Source: Octopus vulgaris
Taxonomy: Eukaryota
Length of the DNA: 64,000 bases
Reading direction: 5' to 3'
Assembly: GCA_951406725.2 (NCBI GenBank)
Contig: OX597817.1
Location: forward strand, 92,008,001-92,072,000
The position numbers and the translations under genes were made by a program. The first letter of the stretch is position 1. Each line of letters starts with the position of its first letter. A model generated the notes under the pieces. That model was not told the origin of the DNA. It did not search any database and saw nothing but the letters and a program-made list of their open reading frames with translations. Positions 1-13,552 of the stretch are shown one piece after another.

Positions 1-209
1 AGATGAGGGCAGTCCAATACAACCTCATATATGCAAGCTGAGAGAATGGCAAAGAGGTCAAAGTAAAATGAAGTGGATGATGGTGAGTTGACAGAAGGTG
101 GGCTATGAGTGAGGAAAAGATGGAAGTGATGGGGGGCGGGAGTCAAGTAAGCCATAGGTATACATGAGGGAAGTGAAGGAGCAGCTAAGTAGGTTTGGCA
201 GGATGCAAG

Positions 210-660
210 CTTGTCATGATTTCTAAACACTAACTTTTGTAACTGAGCATGTCTTGTCATGGGCAGAGATCTTCTGCAATTTTGCAGTCCTTTGTCATTT
301 CTTCTGTTTGATGCAACATCATCAGATCATCTTTCACCTCTTGTTTCAAGTCTTTCATGTTCTCTTTCTTCCACATGTTTGACTAACTTCCTTATGTAGA
401 AGTCCTCTTCCATACACATTACATGTTCATACCAGCACAGCCTCCTCTCTTGCACACTATACCTAATTCTTATACCCAGTCTTGCTCTGTGCTCATCTAT
501 ACTTTGATATTCATGCTCACTAACATTATATTTCCATGGGAACATGCTGACTTCATTTCTTTCTAGCCTTCATATGTCTTCTACACTCATTGCCCGCATC
601 TTGCTACCATGTAGCATCATAATTCTAATACAAACAACCTACCCGTCACTCTGTAAGAAA
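210..660 (-). mobile_element. Degenerate 3' fragment of RTE-like LINE family A
   Basis: Translation LGIR..SVQERRLCWYEHV; homologous to 10735-11160. Confidence 0.7.
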
Positions 661-809
661 AGATCATTATTAACTACAATGCTAATAACTCCTTAACTTT
701 GTGTGTGTGTGTGTGTGTGTGTGTATGCAGGCATGCATACAGATAGATATATGTATATGGATAGATAAATGTGTATATTTATGTTTTTCTCTTTACCCTT
801 TCTGGTCAG

Positions 810-890
810 AATTTCATGACATCCAAACGATACCATTGAATACTGGGTTTGCCCTTGATGTGGCTCTGGTTTCACCTGAAAATTCTTCAG
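810..890 (+). CDS. ELP2: ELP2 (Elongator complex protein 2, WD40) internal exon, first in window
   Basis: cag|AA...TCAG|gtaagt; encodes EFHDIQTIPLNTGFALDVALVSPENSSG, resembling ELP2 'LQTLNFGNGFALAL'; phase fits next exon. Confidence 0.85.
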
Positions 891-1504
891 GTAAGTTATG
901 GACATTATTCTTTTCTGTATTTGATTTAAAATTAAAGCATCACAATTATCCAAACATCAAAATATATGTAAATATTCTGTCAACTTTCTCAGAATTTCAT
1001 TGAGGTTTATCTTTAACATTAGTTACAAAGTCTAAAAGTGTTGTTAAAATGTTAATGATAGTAATGACTGTGTCGGTGGTGATGTTAATTATGACTTTGG
1101 TAATGGTGATAATAGTGATGACAATATGTTGTTGATGGTGGTGGTGGAGGTCCAACATGATTGGTGAGACTGATATGTTGACGTTTGCATTGAGTTGGTG
1201 CAGGAAAACTGTAGGTGAGAAAAGAATTGCAGAAAATCAAAGCCCTTTTGGATTTTTTACGTATGAAGCAACCACAACAGCTATAGCAACATTGTCCCAG
1301 ATGCAGATGTTTTGTCACTGAGCGTCTGGCATTAACAGCATAGTACTAGCCAGATGTAAGTGTAGCATTTCATTGTGGAATTCACTTGAACTTTGCTGAG
1401 AGTTACAAACAGTGGCCCCTGAAGAGGAAAACTAGCGAATGGGATAGTTTTTGGTCTGTTGTATGTGGGTCTAACCATCAAGGAAGATCAATGACTTTGA
1501 TACC

Positions 1505-4138
1505 TGAAGGAGTTGGAAGTTTGAGAACCCTTCACATGGTCAGAAATTTAGGGATATCCTTACCGAGAAATTTGATGTTAGAGAGGAGGAGCTACAGTCC
1601 TGTGACATAGAAGGCAGCTGGAAATTCCTGCAAGACAGCTTGCTGAGTGCCACAGACCAAATCTATGGCTGATGCAAAGTCCCTTCCAGACCTCAGGTAA
1701 CATGGTGGTGGAACAATACTGTAGACAGAGCCATTAGAACAAAGAAAAAGGCTTGGAAGGCCTGGAAGAGTTGGGGTAGCAGGAGAATGTGTTAGATAGC
1801 CAAAAGGGAAGCTAGGAGAAGGTGTATATAGCCAAGGGAGTAGCAGAAAAGAAGTTTACCAAATGTTCAGCAATGTGAGGACCAAAGAACTGAAGTATTT
1901 CAGATTGCAAGACAATGTGTGAGAGAAAACCATGATGTCACAGGAGAGAAATGTGTTCGCATGGATGATGGTGCCCTTGCTTTTAATGATTCTGCAAAGA
2001 AAGAGGCTTAGAGATGCCATTATGAAAGACTGCTGAATATGGAGAATGAATGGGAGGAGTAGAGTCTGCTAAAGGTTGATCCAATTGTGGGACCAGCTAC
2101 CCAAATCAACAGTACCCTGGCAGATAAAGCAATTAAAGATATGAAGGCAAGGAAAGCACCTGGCCCATCAGGTATCACCGCTGAGATACTTAAAATATTG
2201 GACAGTGTGGGTTATGGTCTTTGTCCCCCTCATTGTAAATCAGTTAGTTCATGAAGGATTCATACCCAATGACTAGTGTAGCAGCACCATAGTCAACTAC
2301 TACAAGGGTAACTTTAGATAGAAATAATTATAGGGGTATCAAATTATTGGATCAGGTGATGAAAGTCATGGAATGGGTCAAAGCCCAACTAATTAGGGTA
2401 AGAGTTAGCCTAGATAAGATGCAGTTTGGGTTTGTACCAAGCAAAAGCACCACTGATGCTATATTTCTGGTAAGGTAACTGCAGGAGAAATATCTAGCCA
2501 AAGATAAACCTCTCCATCTGGCTTTTGTTTACTTGGAGAAAGCCTTTGACAGGGTCCCCCAATACCTTATCTGGTGGTCAATGTGGAAACTGGAGACAGA
2601 CAAGTGGTTGGTAAGAGCTGTGCAAGTTCTGGACAGGGATGCTGCCAGTAAGGTGAGGGTTTGCAATGAGCATAGTGAAGAATTCCGAGTAGAAGTAGGG
2701 TTTCACCAAGGATCAGTCCTTAGCCCCCTCCTATTCATTATAGTCCTCCGGGCAATAACAGAGGAATTCAAGACAGACTGCTCCTGGGAACTCCTCTATG
2801 CTGATGACCTTGATCTAATAGCCGAGTTACTGTCAGAACTAGAGACGAAATTTAGGGTGTGGAAGCAAGGTCTAGAATCAAAGGGGTCAACCTTAGGGTC
2901 AACCTACCAAAAACCAAAGTCTTAGTAAGTAGGAAGGCTGTCAAACTACAATCCCCTTCAAGTGGATGTCTCTGCTCGATCTGTAGAAAATGTGTGGGTA
3001 GAAACTCCATATGATGTACCTGGTATAAGCTATAGACACATAAAAGGTGTAGCAATATCAAAGGAAGGTTAACTGGGAAAATAGTTTTTGTGTGTGGCTG
3101 ATGAACACGGGCAATAAACACTAAAGATGTACAGAAAACAGATTCCATCACATGCCTGGGGAAGAAACTAGAAGTAGTTAATAGCTTCTGCTACCTGGGT
3201 GACCAAGTCTGTCATGGGGGTGGTTGCTCTGAGAGTGTAGCAGCTAGAATAAGAATAGCCTGGGCAAAGTTCAGAGAGCTCCTACCTCTGCTGGCAACTA
3301 AGGGCTTCTTGCTCAGAATAAATGGTAGACTGTATGATGTATGTTGCAAACTGCCATGCTACATGGCAGTGAAACATGGACCATGACTGCTGAGGACATG
3401 CGTAGGCTTGAAAGAAATGAAGCTAGTATGATCCACTGGATGTGTTATGTCACTGTGCATACACAACAGAGTGCAAGCATCCTGAGAGAAAAGTTGAGCA
3501 TAAGAAGCATCAAATGTGGTGTGCAAGAGAGATGACTGACTGTACTGATATGGTCATGTGTTACCTATGGATGAGGAAGTGCCATTCCCTAACTGTAGAA
3601 GGAACTTGTGGAAGAGTAAACCCAGGAAGACATGGTATGCGGTGGTGAAGCATGACCTTCGAACATTGGGCCTCACAGAAGCAATGACAGGAGACTGGGA
3701 CCTTTGGAGATATGCTGTGATTGAGATGACCTGGAAACTAAAGTGAGATCGCAGCCATGCATGTCCGGCCCAGTTAAGAGTACCCCTGATGCGTTGTGCG
3801 ATATGGTATGCTTGAGAAGACCTGTTGACTCAAGTAAAACCAATATCGTAGCTGTGGCCAGTGCCTTCTGACTGGCTCCTGTGCTGGTGACATGTAAAAA
3901 GCACCATCCGAATGTGGTCGATGCCAGGTCCGCCTGACAGGCTCCTGTGCCAGTGGTACATAAAAAGTACTATCCAAACATGATCGATACCAGGCCCGCC
4001 TGACTGGCTCTTGTGCCAGTGGCACATAAAAAGCACCCGCTACACTGTCAGAAGGGCATCCAGCTCTAAACGCTTTGCCAGATCAGCTTTGCCGCTGGCC
4101 AGCATGGAAAAATGGACATTAAACGATGATGATGGTGA
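1505..4138 (+). mobile_element. 5'-truncated degenerate RTE-like LINE (family A) with 3' UTR tandem array and (GAT)n tail
   Basis: RT motifs EKAFDRVP, HQGSVLSPLLF, LLYADD; stops and frameshifts; tail ...ggacattaaacgatgatgatg. Confidence 0.9.
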
Positions 4139-4267
4139 CTTTGAGTGTTTTTGTGGGTGTTGTCTGTGATTGGAGAAGCTAAGGTGTAAGAATGGGATAT
4201 GGTGATGTTTGTAGATGACGACAGTGATGGTGGTGTTGATGATGGTGATTTGTTCTTCAAATTTCAG

Positions 4268-4332
4268 GTGTGATCCTTGCTTGTGGCTGTGATAATCAGA
4301 AAGTGAACCTCTATGTCTTGCAGCAAGGTCAG
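4268..4332 (+). CDS. ELP2: ELP2 exon
   Basis: tttcag|...CAG|gtatgt; VILACGCDNQKVNLYVLQQGQ. Confidence 0.9.
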
Positions 4333-4810
4333 GTATGTATATATAACTACATTAGATAGATTAATGATTTAGGTTTATTTCTATCAAATCTGCTGCCTTT
4401 AGTGGCAGTTATGATGATGGTGGAAGTGATTGAGACAGTGCTATATTGTAAGAACTTCTTTCAAATGATTCCAATAATCCACTGAAACAATTGAATTCTG
4501 TACTGCAAATTAACAAAGCATGCTTTGCTAACCATTCAACCATGAAATATTTAGCAGAACCTGCTTGTCAACTTAGGTGACTGATATAAGTGTAACTGTT
4601 TAGAAAAGAGCCACCAATACAGTTTTTAAATCCTAATCTTGTCTGTATAAAAAGTCATTCTCTTTCCCCAGTAACGTATTCCAGTCTGTTTCCTCCAACA
4701 CGCATAAGTTGCAGTGTATCGCTTCCACAATAAATTTCATACAGTTTCTCTCAACAATAACTTCCTATTTTCCCCCACATGTTCTACTCTATTTTCCCTC
4801 CTTATTCCAG

Positions 4811-4877
4811 TTTGTATCTGCTGTGTCTCTGTCTGGCCATGATGACTGGGTGTCCGGTGTTGATTTCTGTGTTGAAG
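4811..4877 (+). CDS. ELP2: ELP2 exon
   Basis: ttccag|...GAAG|gtaagc; FVSAVSLSGHDDWVSGVDFCVE (WD40 GH..W). Confidence 0.92.
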
Positions 4878-5144
4878 GTAAGCACTGGGAAATTGCCACA
4901 TGTTATTATTTTAAACTGTCAAATGTTTTTTCCCAAAAGAAAAAAAATTCTTTATTTCCTACAGTCATCTATGTGAGTACTTGTCTTGCTAATGACAGAA
5001 ACGTCCTGAGTTGCCTCAATATTTACCAAAAATCAGAGCCACAACTCAGTATATCCTTACATTCAAATTTTGGAGTTACTTTCCTTGTTTGTTTTTTTAT
5101 AAGAATTATCAATCAAACTAAGGGCTTTTCCCATCATTATTGAT

Positions 5145-5560
5145 GCAGGCATGGCTGTGTAGTAAGAAGTTTGCTTCTCAACCACTTGGTTTCAGGTTCA
5201 TTCCCACTACATGTCACCTTGGGCAGATGTCTTCTCTAAGTTCTGGGCCTACAAAAGCCTTGTGAGTAGATTTGTTAGATGGAAACTGAAAGAAGCCTGT
5301 TGTACGTATGTATATATGTGTGTATATTTTACTATTTCCTTGCTTTGACATCACATGATAGTTGTAAGCTAATGTCGCCATCATGCAAGTGGTATCCTTC
5401 ATTTCCAATTTTCTGTAAAAGACGTCTGGTCATGAGGAAATATTACCTTACTTGGAAATAGATGAGGGTCGGCAGCTGGAACTGTAAGAAAATCTGCCTC
5501 AACAAATTCAGTTCAACCCCTATGTGCATGGAAAAGGGAACATCAAAACTATGATGATGC
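5145..5560 (+). mobile_element. tRNA-derived SINE with LINE-A-like (GAT)n tail; related heads at ~17120-17360, 19735-19900, 40905-41120, 42102-42265, 47965-48325, 48655-49060
   Basis: ggcatggctgtgtagtaagaag...ggttcattcccact...cttgggcagatgtc...ggaaactgaaagaagcc recurs in the window. Confidence 0.75.
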
Positions 5561-6452
5561 TGTAATTTTAACGGTTAAAAAAACTAGAGGTGACTTTACT
5601 TCATTAAATACTCAAGAAGACCTTCCCACCACAACAGAATTGAGATCTTAAAACCAAGGTGCTATATATTAGTGTGGGTGCTGGTACCATGTAAAAAGCA
5701 CTCAGTACTCTGTAAAGTGGCTAGTGTTAGGAAGGCCATCCAGCTGTGGAAACCAAGCCAAACAGTTTATGGAACCTGGAGCTGTCCCTGGCCTTTCCGT
5801 TCCTGTCGAGCCGTCCGACTCATGCCAGCATGGAAAACCAACATTAATTGTTGATGATGGTGATGGTAATGTTGATGAAATATATTAGTCTGTACTTGAT
5901 TTATATTTGAAGCATTTGTACTCAGGCATAGCTATGTAGTGAACCCACTATAAAGGAAATTTGGTATTCAGAAGCTGTGTGGTGGCACATAAGTTGAACG
6001 ATGTCTGTGAGAGCAACTTACTCAATTATTCACATCAGGCTTGAAGATCCTTCAAAACTCTAGTATGCTCTTCCTCAGCTGAGAAATAAAAAAATGATGT
6101 GTGTGTGTGTTTATATATATATATATATATATATAAAATAGTGTTGGGTATGTTCCTAGTGATATGCTGATAAAACATGTTCACTGTCTATGGCTACCTG
6201 GGAATTCCTCTGTACGTTGAGTATAAAACAAATGATAGAGACAGAAAATGCAACGCACAGGAAACTATATTGCTTACAGTGATCTTTTCAACACATCTTG
6301 CATCAATCCCCCATGGGTAGGAAACTAGACCACTTGGTGCAGAAGCATTTCGTCATGTGATGTAATTAGGGCTATCTCATGAAACACACTCACATGAACA
6401 CACACACACACACATGAACACACACACACACACACACAAATATGTATGTGTA

Positions 6453-6618
6453 CAGGGTGTCCCAAAAGTCATGAACAAAATAAGTTCAATACGCTCTGGA
6501 ATTGCCAAAGACATGCTTCAATTGTTAAAAAGTTGAATTCTTGTCCATGATGAACAAAATTAATAATATAATATAAATGAAATGTCAGATGGTTTGGTGC
6601 ATGACTTTTGGCCCACTC
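6453..6618. mobile_element. Tc1/mariner-type MITE
   Basis: TA flanks; imperfect TIRs cagggtgtcccaaaagtcatg / catgacttttggcccactc. Confidence 0.6.
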
Positions 6619-7680
6619 TATGCGTGTTTGCATACATACACACAAATGTGTGTGTGTGTATATATATACATATATACATATAAATATATATATATATATA
6701 TGGTCAGCTTCACAGTCTCTTAAGAATTTAGTGTTCCTCCCACACTGACCTAAATCTTCTGTCACCACAGAAATAGATTGACCCTTTATTCTAGTGTCAA
6801 TCTGTTTTGTCTTTTTACATCTCCTAAATTTTTTTCCCCTTCTTTTCTTCAACTAACTTGATTCTTTAACCTGCCCTTACTACCATTCTTATAACTAAGG
6901 AAATTTTTCTTACAACAGTTAGTTGTGAACTTAATTTTGGTCTGTGTGGCATCCTACTTCATGTTCCTGAAATTCATATCTACAGCTTTATCGGTATATT
7001 TACCTTCTCTAGGATATTACTAATTGATTTGAGAACTTTATATTATTAGAAAACCTATATGAAATTAGCTGAAGATTGCTTGACATATTATATCTGCTGT
7101 AATATTTACAGCTTTAATAAAATGTTATAGTATGAAACAATTGTACTAAATTACCGGATCTATTCTTGTTGCTTATTTTTGATTATAATCACCCTGCATA
7201 TTTTTATGGGTAATACCATAAAAAAATTCTGGTGCATCTAAATTAAGTACCATAGTCATTTGAATCTAAATTGTTTGCTGAACTTATATATATATATATA
7301 TATATTTGTTTTTTTTATAGCTACCGTGGTATCTGCCAGGATAAACTCACGCATGTACATGCACTCTCTCCCCACCTCTCTCTCTCTCACACACACACAC
7401 ACTCTGGATTCTCCTATAGTTTTAGTGTATGAACGTCTAACAACATTTTTTTTTCTTTTGTTTTAGCTCTGATGTCTTTTTATCTTACGAGACTTTTCTT
7501 TACCCAATGATTTAAAAGGCAAATTCACATAAGAAAGGATTATTATACAAAGTGGCTAGCATATTAGTTTGAGACTTTGACTTTGCTCTCAGTTCTTTAA
7601 GATGATCAAGACAGCCCACTACTTATTTCTTCATGGCTTTATAGCAAATTAACCGCCATTTGTATAAATACAAACATTAT

Positions 7681-7711
<31 letters not shown>

Positions 7712-7762
7712 AGTCTAATAATTTAATAGTAATAAATGCATGTTGTGTTTGTTTATGTTTAG

Positions 7763-7930
7763 ATAATGGTGATCTTCTGTTGGCAAGTTGTGGACAAGAT
7801 TTCATTGTACGTATATGGAGGATTTCCCAGAAAACTACTCCCGAGGAGAACAGTAACATTATAATCAGGGATAAACCTGCTACTGGAAGTATTCAGATGA
7901 AGGAAACCCTGATCGATGTACAGAGTAAAG
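7763..7930 (+). CDS. ELP2: ELP2 exon
   Basis: tttag|...AAAG|gtatgt; DNGDLLLASCGQDFIVRIWRI...DVQSK. Confidence 0.92.
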
Positions 7931-8355
7931 GTATGTCATTATATATCACGTATCTGTCTGGTGGACATTGGCACAAACAGTTGAGAGCCAACCTAGATGA
8001 TTAATCTGTTTTGTCAAAGTCTCTGGGTGTCAGCAAACAAACATATTTTGAGATTATTTTGGGTGTATGAGTCAGTCATCCAGGCTTCTTCTCCACATAC
8101 ACACAAGCATACATTATGCAAAATTAAAATCATCATTATGTCTATTGTGATTCCATAGCAAAATCCATAACTGGACTCAAATTACATTCATGTATTCATC
8201 GCAAATACATGCAGTATTTTTTTCTATCCTTGTTTTTATGTTTTCCAATCTGTTCCTTCAAACATTCGTATGTCAAAATTGACAGGAATAACTGTTATGA
8301 TGATGATGGTGGTGGTGGTGGTGGCGGCGGCGGCTGCTGTTGTTGTTGTTGTTAA

Positions 8356-9135
8356 GAAGGCGGTGAGCTGGTAGAATTGTCAGCATGCCAGGAAAAATGC
8401 CTAACAGCATTTTGTTCTCCCTTACATTCTTGGTTCAAGTTCTGCCAAGGCCAACTTTGCCTTTCATCCTTTTGGGATCGGTAAAATAAGTATCAGTTGA
8501 GCACTGCAGTCGGTGTAATTGACTTAGACACTCCCACAAAATTTCAGGCCTTTTGCCTATAGCAGAGAAGACTATTTTTATTATTTAGGTGGTAAGCTAA
8601 TAGAATCATTGGCACAATAGACAAAATGCTTAGTGACTTTACATTCTGAGTTCAATGTCCACAAAGGTCAACTTTACCTTTCATCCTTTCAGAATTGATT
8701 AAATAATTTCCAGTTAAGCCAAAATTTCAGGCCTTGTGTCTATAGTAGAAAATATTATTATTATTTTTTTTTTTTTTCAAAGATTAATAAAAAACAAACA
8801 CATGAAGATACAAGAAAAAACGATGCTCTCCACTCCAGGCCATGGTGGGTTCTACATGTAATGGAAAATTAATGGCATTTAATGACCTTCATTGAAATAC
8901 AAAGTTTTTCATGCATCTTCATGTGTTTGTCTTTTATTAACCTTTGAGATCGGGGCAACCTTTCTGCCACAGCCTGTATTTGGTCACAGTGTTTTACATT
9001 CAAGGATCAGATACCATTGAGGTTAAGTTTGCCTTTCATCATTTCTGGATCAGTAAAATAAAAGTACCAGTCAAGTACTGAGCTGACTTAATCAGCTCTG
9101 TTCCCTCATTAAATTTCTGGCTTTGAGCCTATATA
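8356..9135 (+). mobile_element. Cluster of SINE copies with a shared central domain (Meta-domain-like, from recall); more at ~9380-9495, 25830-26012, 33330-33535, 40400-40612, 43938-44180
   Basis: Recurrent ctttgcctttcatcctttcggggtcgataaaataagtaccag core preceded by ggcggtgagctggcagaat head. Confidence 0.75.
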
Positions 9136-9750
9136 ATAAATTATTATCATTGACTCCTTAGCATTTAAACCAGCCATATCCAGCCCAAATATTCTACTTG
9201 TTTTATGTTCAAACTGGCCAAATCTGGCTTCTCACTCCAATCCTAGGAAGTCATTCTAAAATCAAAGAATCACACCATCAAAATCTCAAATCTTGAAGGT
9301 AATGCATTATTAATACAAAACTATGTGAATAAATAAAACATATCGTTTGACAAAATAATCTGAATACTTAAAAGGTTAAGATGGTGAAAAGTCAGTTGTG
9401 TCTCTCCTTGTTTTGAGTTTAGATCCTGCTGAAGTTAACTCTGCCTTTCATTGTTCTAGGGGTTAATAAGTACCAGTCATATACTGGAGTGGGTTAAACT
9501 TAATTGAATTTATTCTGTGTAAGATATAATTGTTATTTAAAAATAACTTAATATTACAGATACATCCCCAACTTCCTGGCATCCTTAGCTTCAGTCCCAT
9601 GCCAGATTATACATTTTGTTGGATTAAAAGTTGTCACATTATAGTAACTCATTATAATAATTCTGAGCAAATTGCTAGAAGACTGCTGCCATATTATTAG
9701 TTACTTTTGTTTATTCAATAGAAGCATGTTATAAATAAAAGTTGGAAATA

Positions 9751-10136
9751 TCTTTATATATAAAAGTAAGGTTGTGTGCTGTCTGTCTCCTACGATTTAG
9801 ATTCCTAACTACTCCCACATTTTGCAGTGCAGTTTAACCAAAACCGGGTATCTTATAGTCGTGATTCATATCAAGCCCTTCTGGGTATTAGCACGCGTCT
9901 ACGATTTAAAAAAAAATTTACCATCAATTTTTCCCAATTTTAATGCATTTTTGGCATATATAAGGGAAGTAACTCTCTAAAAATTTATTATTAAATCTCA
10001 GAACGTAAAAAGTTACAGTAACACCCCCTCCTTTGTGGTTAGCCATATTGAGATGGCTGTTATACTTTACATCTCTAAAAATGCTTATATAGTTATTTCC
10101 CTTACAAACCCGAGCAATGCCAGGCGATACTGCTAG
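9751..10136 (+). mobile_element. Non-autonomous Helitron
   Basis: A|TC 5' end (tctttatatataaaag), subterminal GC hairpin remnant, CTAG|T 3' end. Confidence 0.75.
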
Positions 10137-10139
10137 TAT

Positions 10140-13100
10140 ATCATCATCATCATTTTAGCGTCCGTTTTTCATGCTAGCATGGGTTGGACGGTTCAACTGG
10201 GGTCTGTGAAGCCAGAAGGCTGTATCAGGCCCAGTCTGGTCTGGCAGTGTTTCTATGGCTGGATGCCCTTCCTAACGCCAACCACTCCGCGAGTGTAGTG
10301 GGTGCTTTTTACGTGCCACCCACACAGGAGCCAGACGGAACTGGCAAACGGCCACGAACGGATGGTGCTTTTACGTGCCACCGGCACGGGGGCCAGGCGA
10401 GGCTGGCAAAGGCCACGAACGGATGGTGCTTTTTACGTGTCACCGGCACGGAGGCCAGGCGGGGCTGCGCTGGCAACGGCCACGATCGGATGGTTCGCTT
10501 ACTTGTCACCGGCACTGGTATCACAGCCGCAATTTCCATTGATGTTGATCGACTTCGATTTTGGTTCTGCTTTCTGATATCTGATTTGATTTGGTTTGAT
10601 TTGATTTTGATTTTGATTTTGATTTTCACTTGCCTCAACGGGTCTTCACAAGTGGAGTTTTGTGTCCCAAGAAGGAAAGGTATGTATAAGTTGAATGGCT
10701 ACATACCAGGTAGAGGCCACAGGTTATGGTCTCACTAGTCTTGCCGGGTCTTCTCACGCACAGCATACTTCCATAGGTCTCGGTCTCTAGTCATTTCCTT
10801 GGTGAGACCTAAAGTGCGAAGGTCGTGCTTCACCACCTCGTCCCAGGTTTTCCTGGGTCTACCTCTTCCACAGGTTCCCTCAACTGCTAGGGTATGGCAC
10901 TTTTGCACATGACTATCTTCAGCCATTCTCGTCACATGACCATACCAGCGCAAACGTCTTTCTTGCACACCACAACTGATGCTTCTTAGGTCCAACTTTT
11001 CTCTCAAGGTACTTACACTTTGTCGATTATGAACACTGACATTACACATCCATCGGAGCATACTGGCTTCATTTCTTGCAAGCTTACGCATATTCTCAGC
11101 AGTCACGGCCCAAGTTTCACTACCATGTAGCATGGCTGTACGTACACATGCATCATACAGTCTGCCTTTTACTCTGAGCGAGAGGCCTTTTGTCACCAGC
11201 AGAGGTAAGAGCTCTCTAAACTTTGCCCAGGCTATTCTTACTCTAGCAGTTACACTTTCAGCACACCTACTCCCGCTACTGACTTGGTCACCTAGGTAGC
11301 GGAAGCTATCAACTACTTCTAGTTTGTCTCCCTGGAACGTGGTGGAAGTTGGTCTCTGCACATTTCCAGTGTTTATTGCTCCTGAGCATCTGCCACAGAC
11401 AAAAACTATTTTCCTAGTTAGCCTTCCTTTGACATTGCTGCACCTCTTATGTGTCCATAGCTTACACTTGGTGCACCTTATAGAGTTTCTACCTACACCT
11501 TTTTTACAGATCGAGCAGGGCCATCTACCTGAAGTCGTTTGTGATTGGTCTACCTTCCTACTTATTAGGACTTTGGTTTTGGCTAGGTTGATTCTAAGGC
11601 CCTTCGATTCTAATCCTTGCTTCCACACCTGAAACTTCTCCTCCAGTTCTGATAGTGACTCAGCAATTAGAGCAAGGTCATCAGCATAGAGGAGCTCCCA
11701 GGAGCATCCTGTCTTGAATTCCTCCGTTATTGCCTGGAGTACTATGATAAATAGGAGGGGACTGAGGACTGAACCTTGGTGGACCCCAACCTCTACCCGG
11801 AATTCTTCACTGTACTCGTTGCCAACCCTCACCTTACTAGCAGCGTCTCTATACATGGCTCACACAGCTCTCACTAACCATTCATCTATCCCTAGTTTCC
11901 TCGTTGACCACCAGATAAGGGATCGGGGGACCCTGTCGAAAGCTTTCTCCATGTCAACAAAAGCCAGGTACAGGTGCTTATCTTTGGCTAGGTATTTCTC
12001 CTGCAGCTGTCTTACCAGGAATATAGCATCAGTAGTACTTTTCCCTGGCACGAACCCAAACTGCATCTGATCTAAGCTAACTCTCTCTCTAATTAGTTGG
12101 GCTATAACCCTCTCCATAACCTTCATTACCTGATCCAGCAGCTTGATACCCCTGTAGTTATTTGTATCTAGGGCATCACCTTTACCTTTGTAGCAGTTGA
12201 CTATTATGCTGCTACACCAGTCATTGGGTATGACTCCTTTGCGTATCACCTGGTTAACTATACGGGTGACTAGGCTATAGCCGACACTACCAGATATTTT
12301 GAGCATCTCTACAGTAATTCCTGATGGGCCTGGGGCTTTCCCTGTTTTCATGCTTGTAATTGCCTTAACTACTAAGGAACTGTCAACTCGGATTGCTGGT
12401 CCCTCTGTTGGGTTGACATTCGGCAGACTCTCTTAATCTCATTCATTTTCCTCATTCAGCATCCTTTCATAGTGGCGTCTCCAAACCTCTCTCTTTGTAT
12501 CCTCATTTAGCGCAAGTGAACCATCATCCTTGCGAACACATTTCTCTCCTATCCTCATTTAGCGCAAGTGAACCGTCATCCTTGCGAACACATTTCTCTC
12601 CTACCATGTTACGATTCTCTCTCACACACTGTCTTGCAACACGAAATACCTCAAGTCTTTCATCCTCACGGCGCAGAACATTGGCAAATTTTTTCTTATC
12701 TGCTTCCCCTCTGTCTAAATACACCTGCCTCCTAGCTTCCCTTCTAGCAGTCTGATACACTTCCCTGCTACCGCCGTTCTTCCAGTCCTTCCAAGCCTGT
12801 TTCTTTTGTCTAATAACCCTGTCAACAATATTGTTCCACCACCACGTTATTTTGGGTCTTGAGGGGACTTTGCACCAGCCAAAGATCTGGTCAGTGGCTT
12901 TCAGCAGGTTGTCCCTCAGAAGCGTCCAGTTGTCTTCTATCCCATGTGTAGCTATACCCCCTTCTATTTCGTCAAAGGCTTCAAGTAACATGTCTCTAAA
13001 TCTCTGTCCATTTGCAGGGTCTTTAAGCTTCCAGACCCTTCTTCTCCATGTTGGTCATCTTCTAGTCATCCTCTTAGTCCTGATCCTAAAGTCACTAACT

Positions 13101-13552
13101 ACCAGTCTATGTTGTGGGGTGCATTCTTTGCCTGGGAAGGTTTTGGCATTTATAAGCAGCCATCTTTCCATTTTTCTGGCAAGGAGGTAGTCGATTTGGC
13201 TTGTATGCCGGCCCGATCGGTAGGTGACCAGGTGGCTTCTCGGTTTCCTGAAGTTAGTGTTGCAAACCATAAGACTATTCGCATTGCAGAACTCCAGCAG
13301 CCTGATTCCCTCCTCGTTGCAGGAACCATAACCGTAGCCTCCATGTACGCCATGGAAGCCCCCAGCATGTCGTCCAACATGCCCATTGAAATCACAGGCC
13401 ACAAAGAGAAGGTCCCTGTCATTCGTCAATGAGGTGGTCTGCAGTAGGGTGTCATAGAAACTGTCTTTCTGTCCATCGGGTAGCCCTGGCTGAGGGGCAT
13501 AGGCCGATATAATGGTTGCTAATCTATGATGAAGCACTATTCTAATCTTAAG
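10140..13552 (-). mobile_element. Best-preserved RTE-like LINE family A copy (partial APE endonuclease + RT + PHD finger), 5'-truncated and disabled
   Basis: ORFs 13055-13537 (SAYAPQ, DFNGHVG, QIDY), 11860-12351, 10735-11856 (LLYADD); premature stops near 13055 and 11860; (GAT)n tail at ~10140. Confidence 0.95.

Noticed and set aside
1419-1460. CTGAAGA followed by an AAAACTA/TAGTTTT stem, hammerhead-like
   Set aside because: No GAAA box or stem III follows.
10184-10738. 184-aa ORF on + strand
   Set aside because: Antisense to LINE-A 3' UTR repeats.
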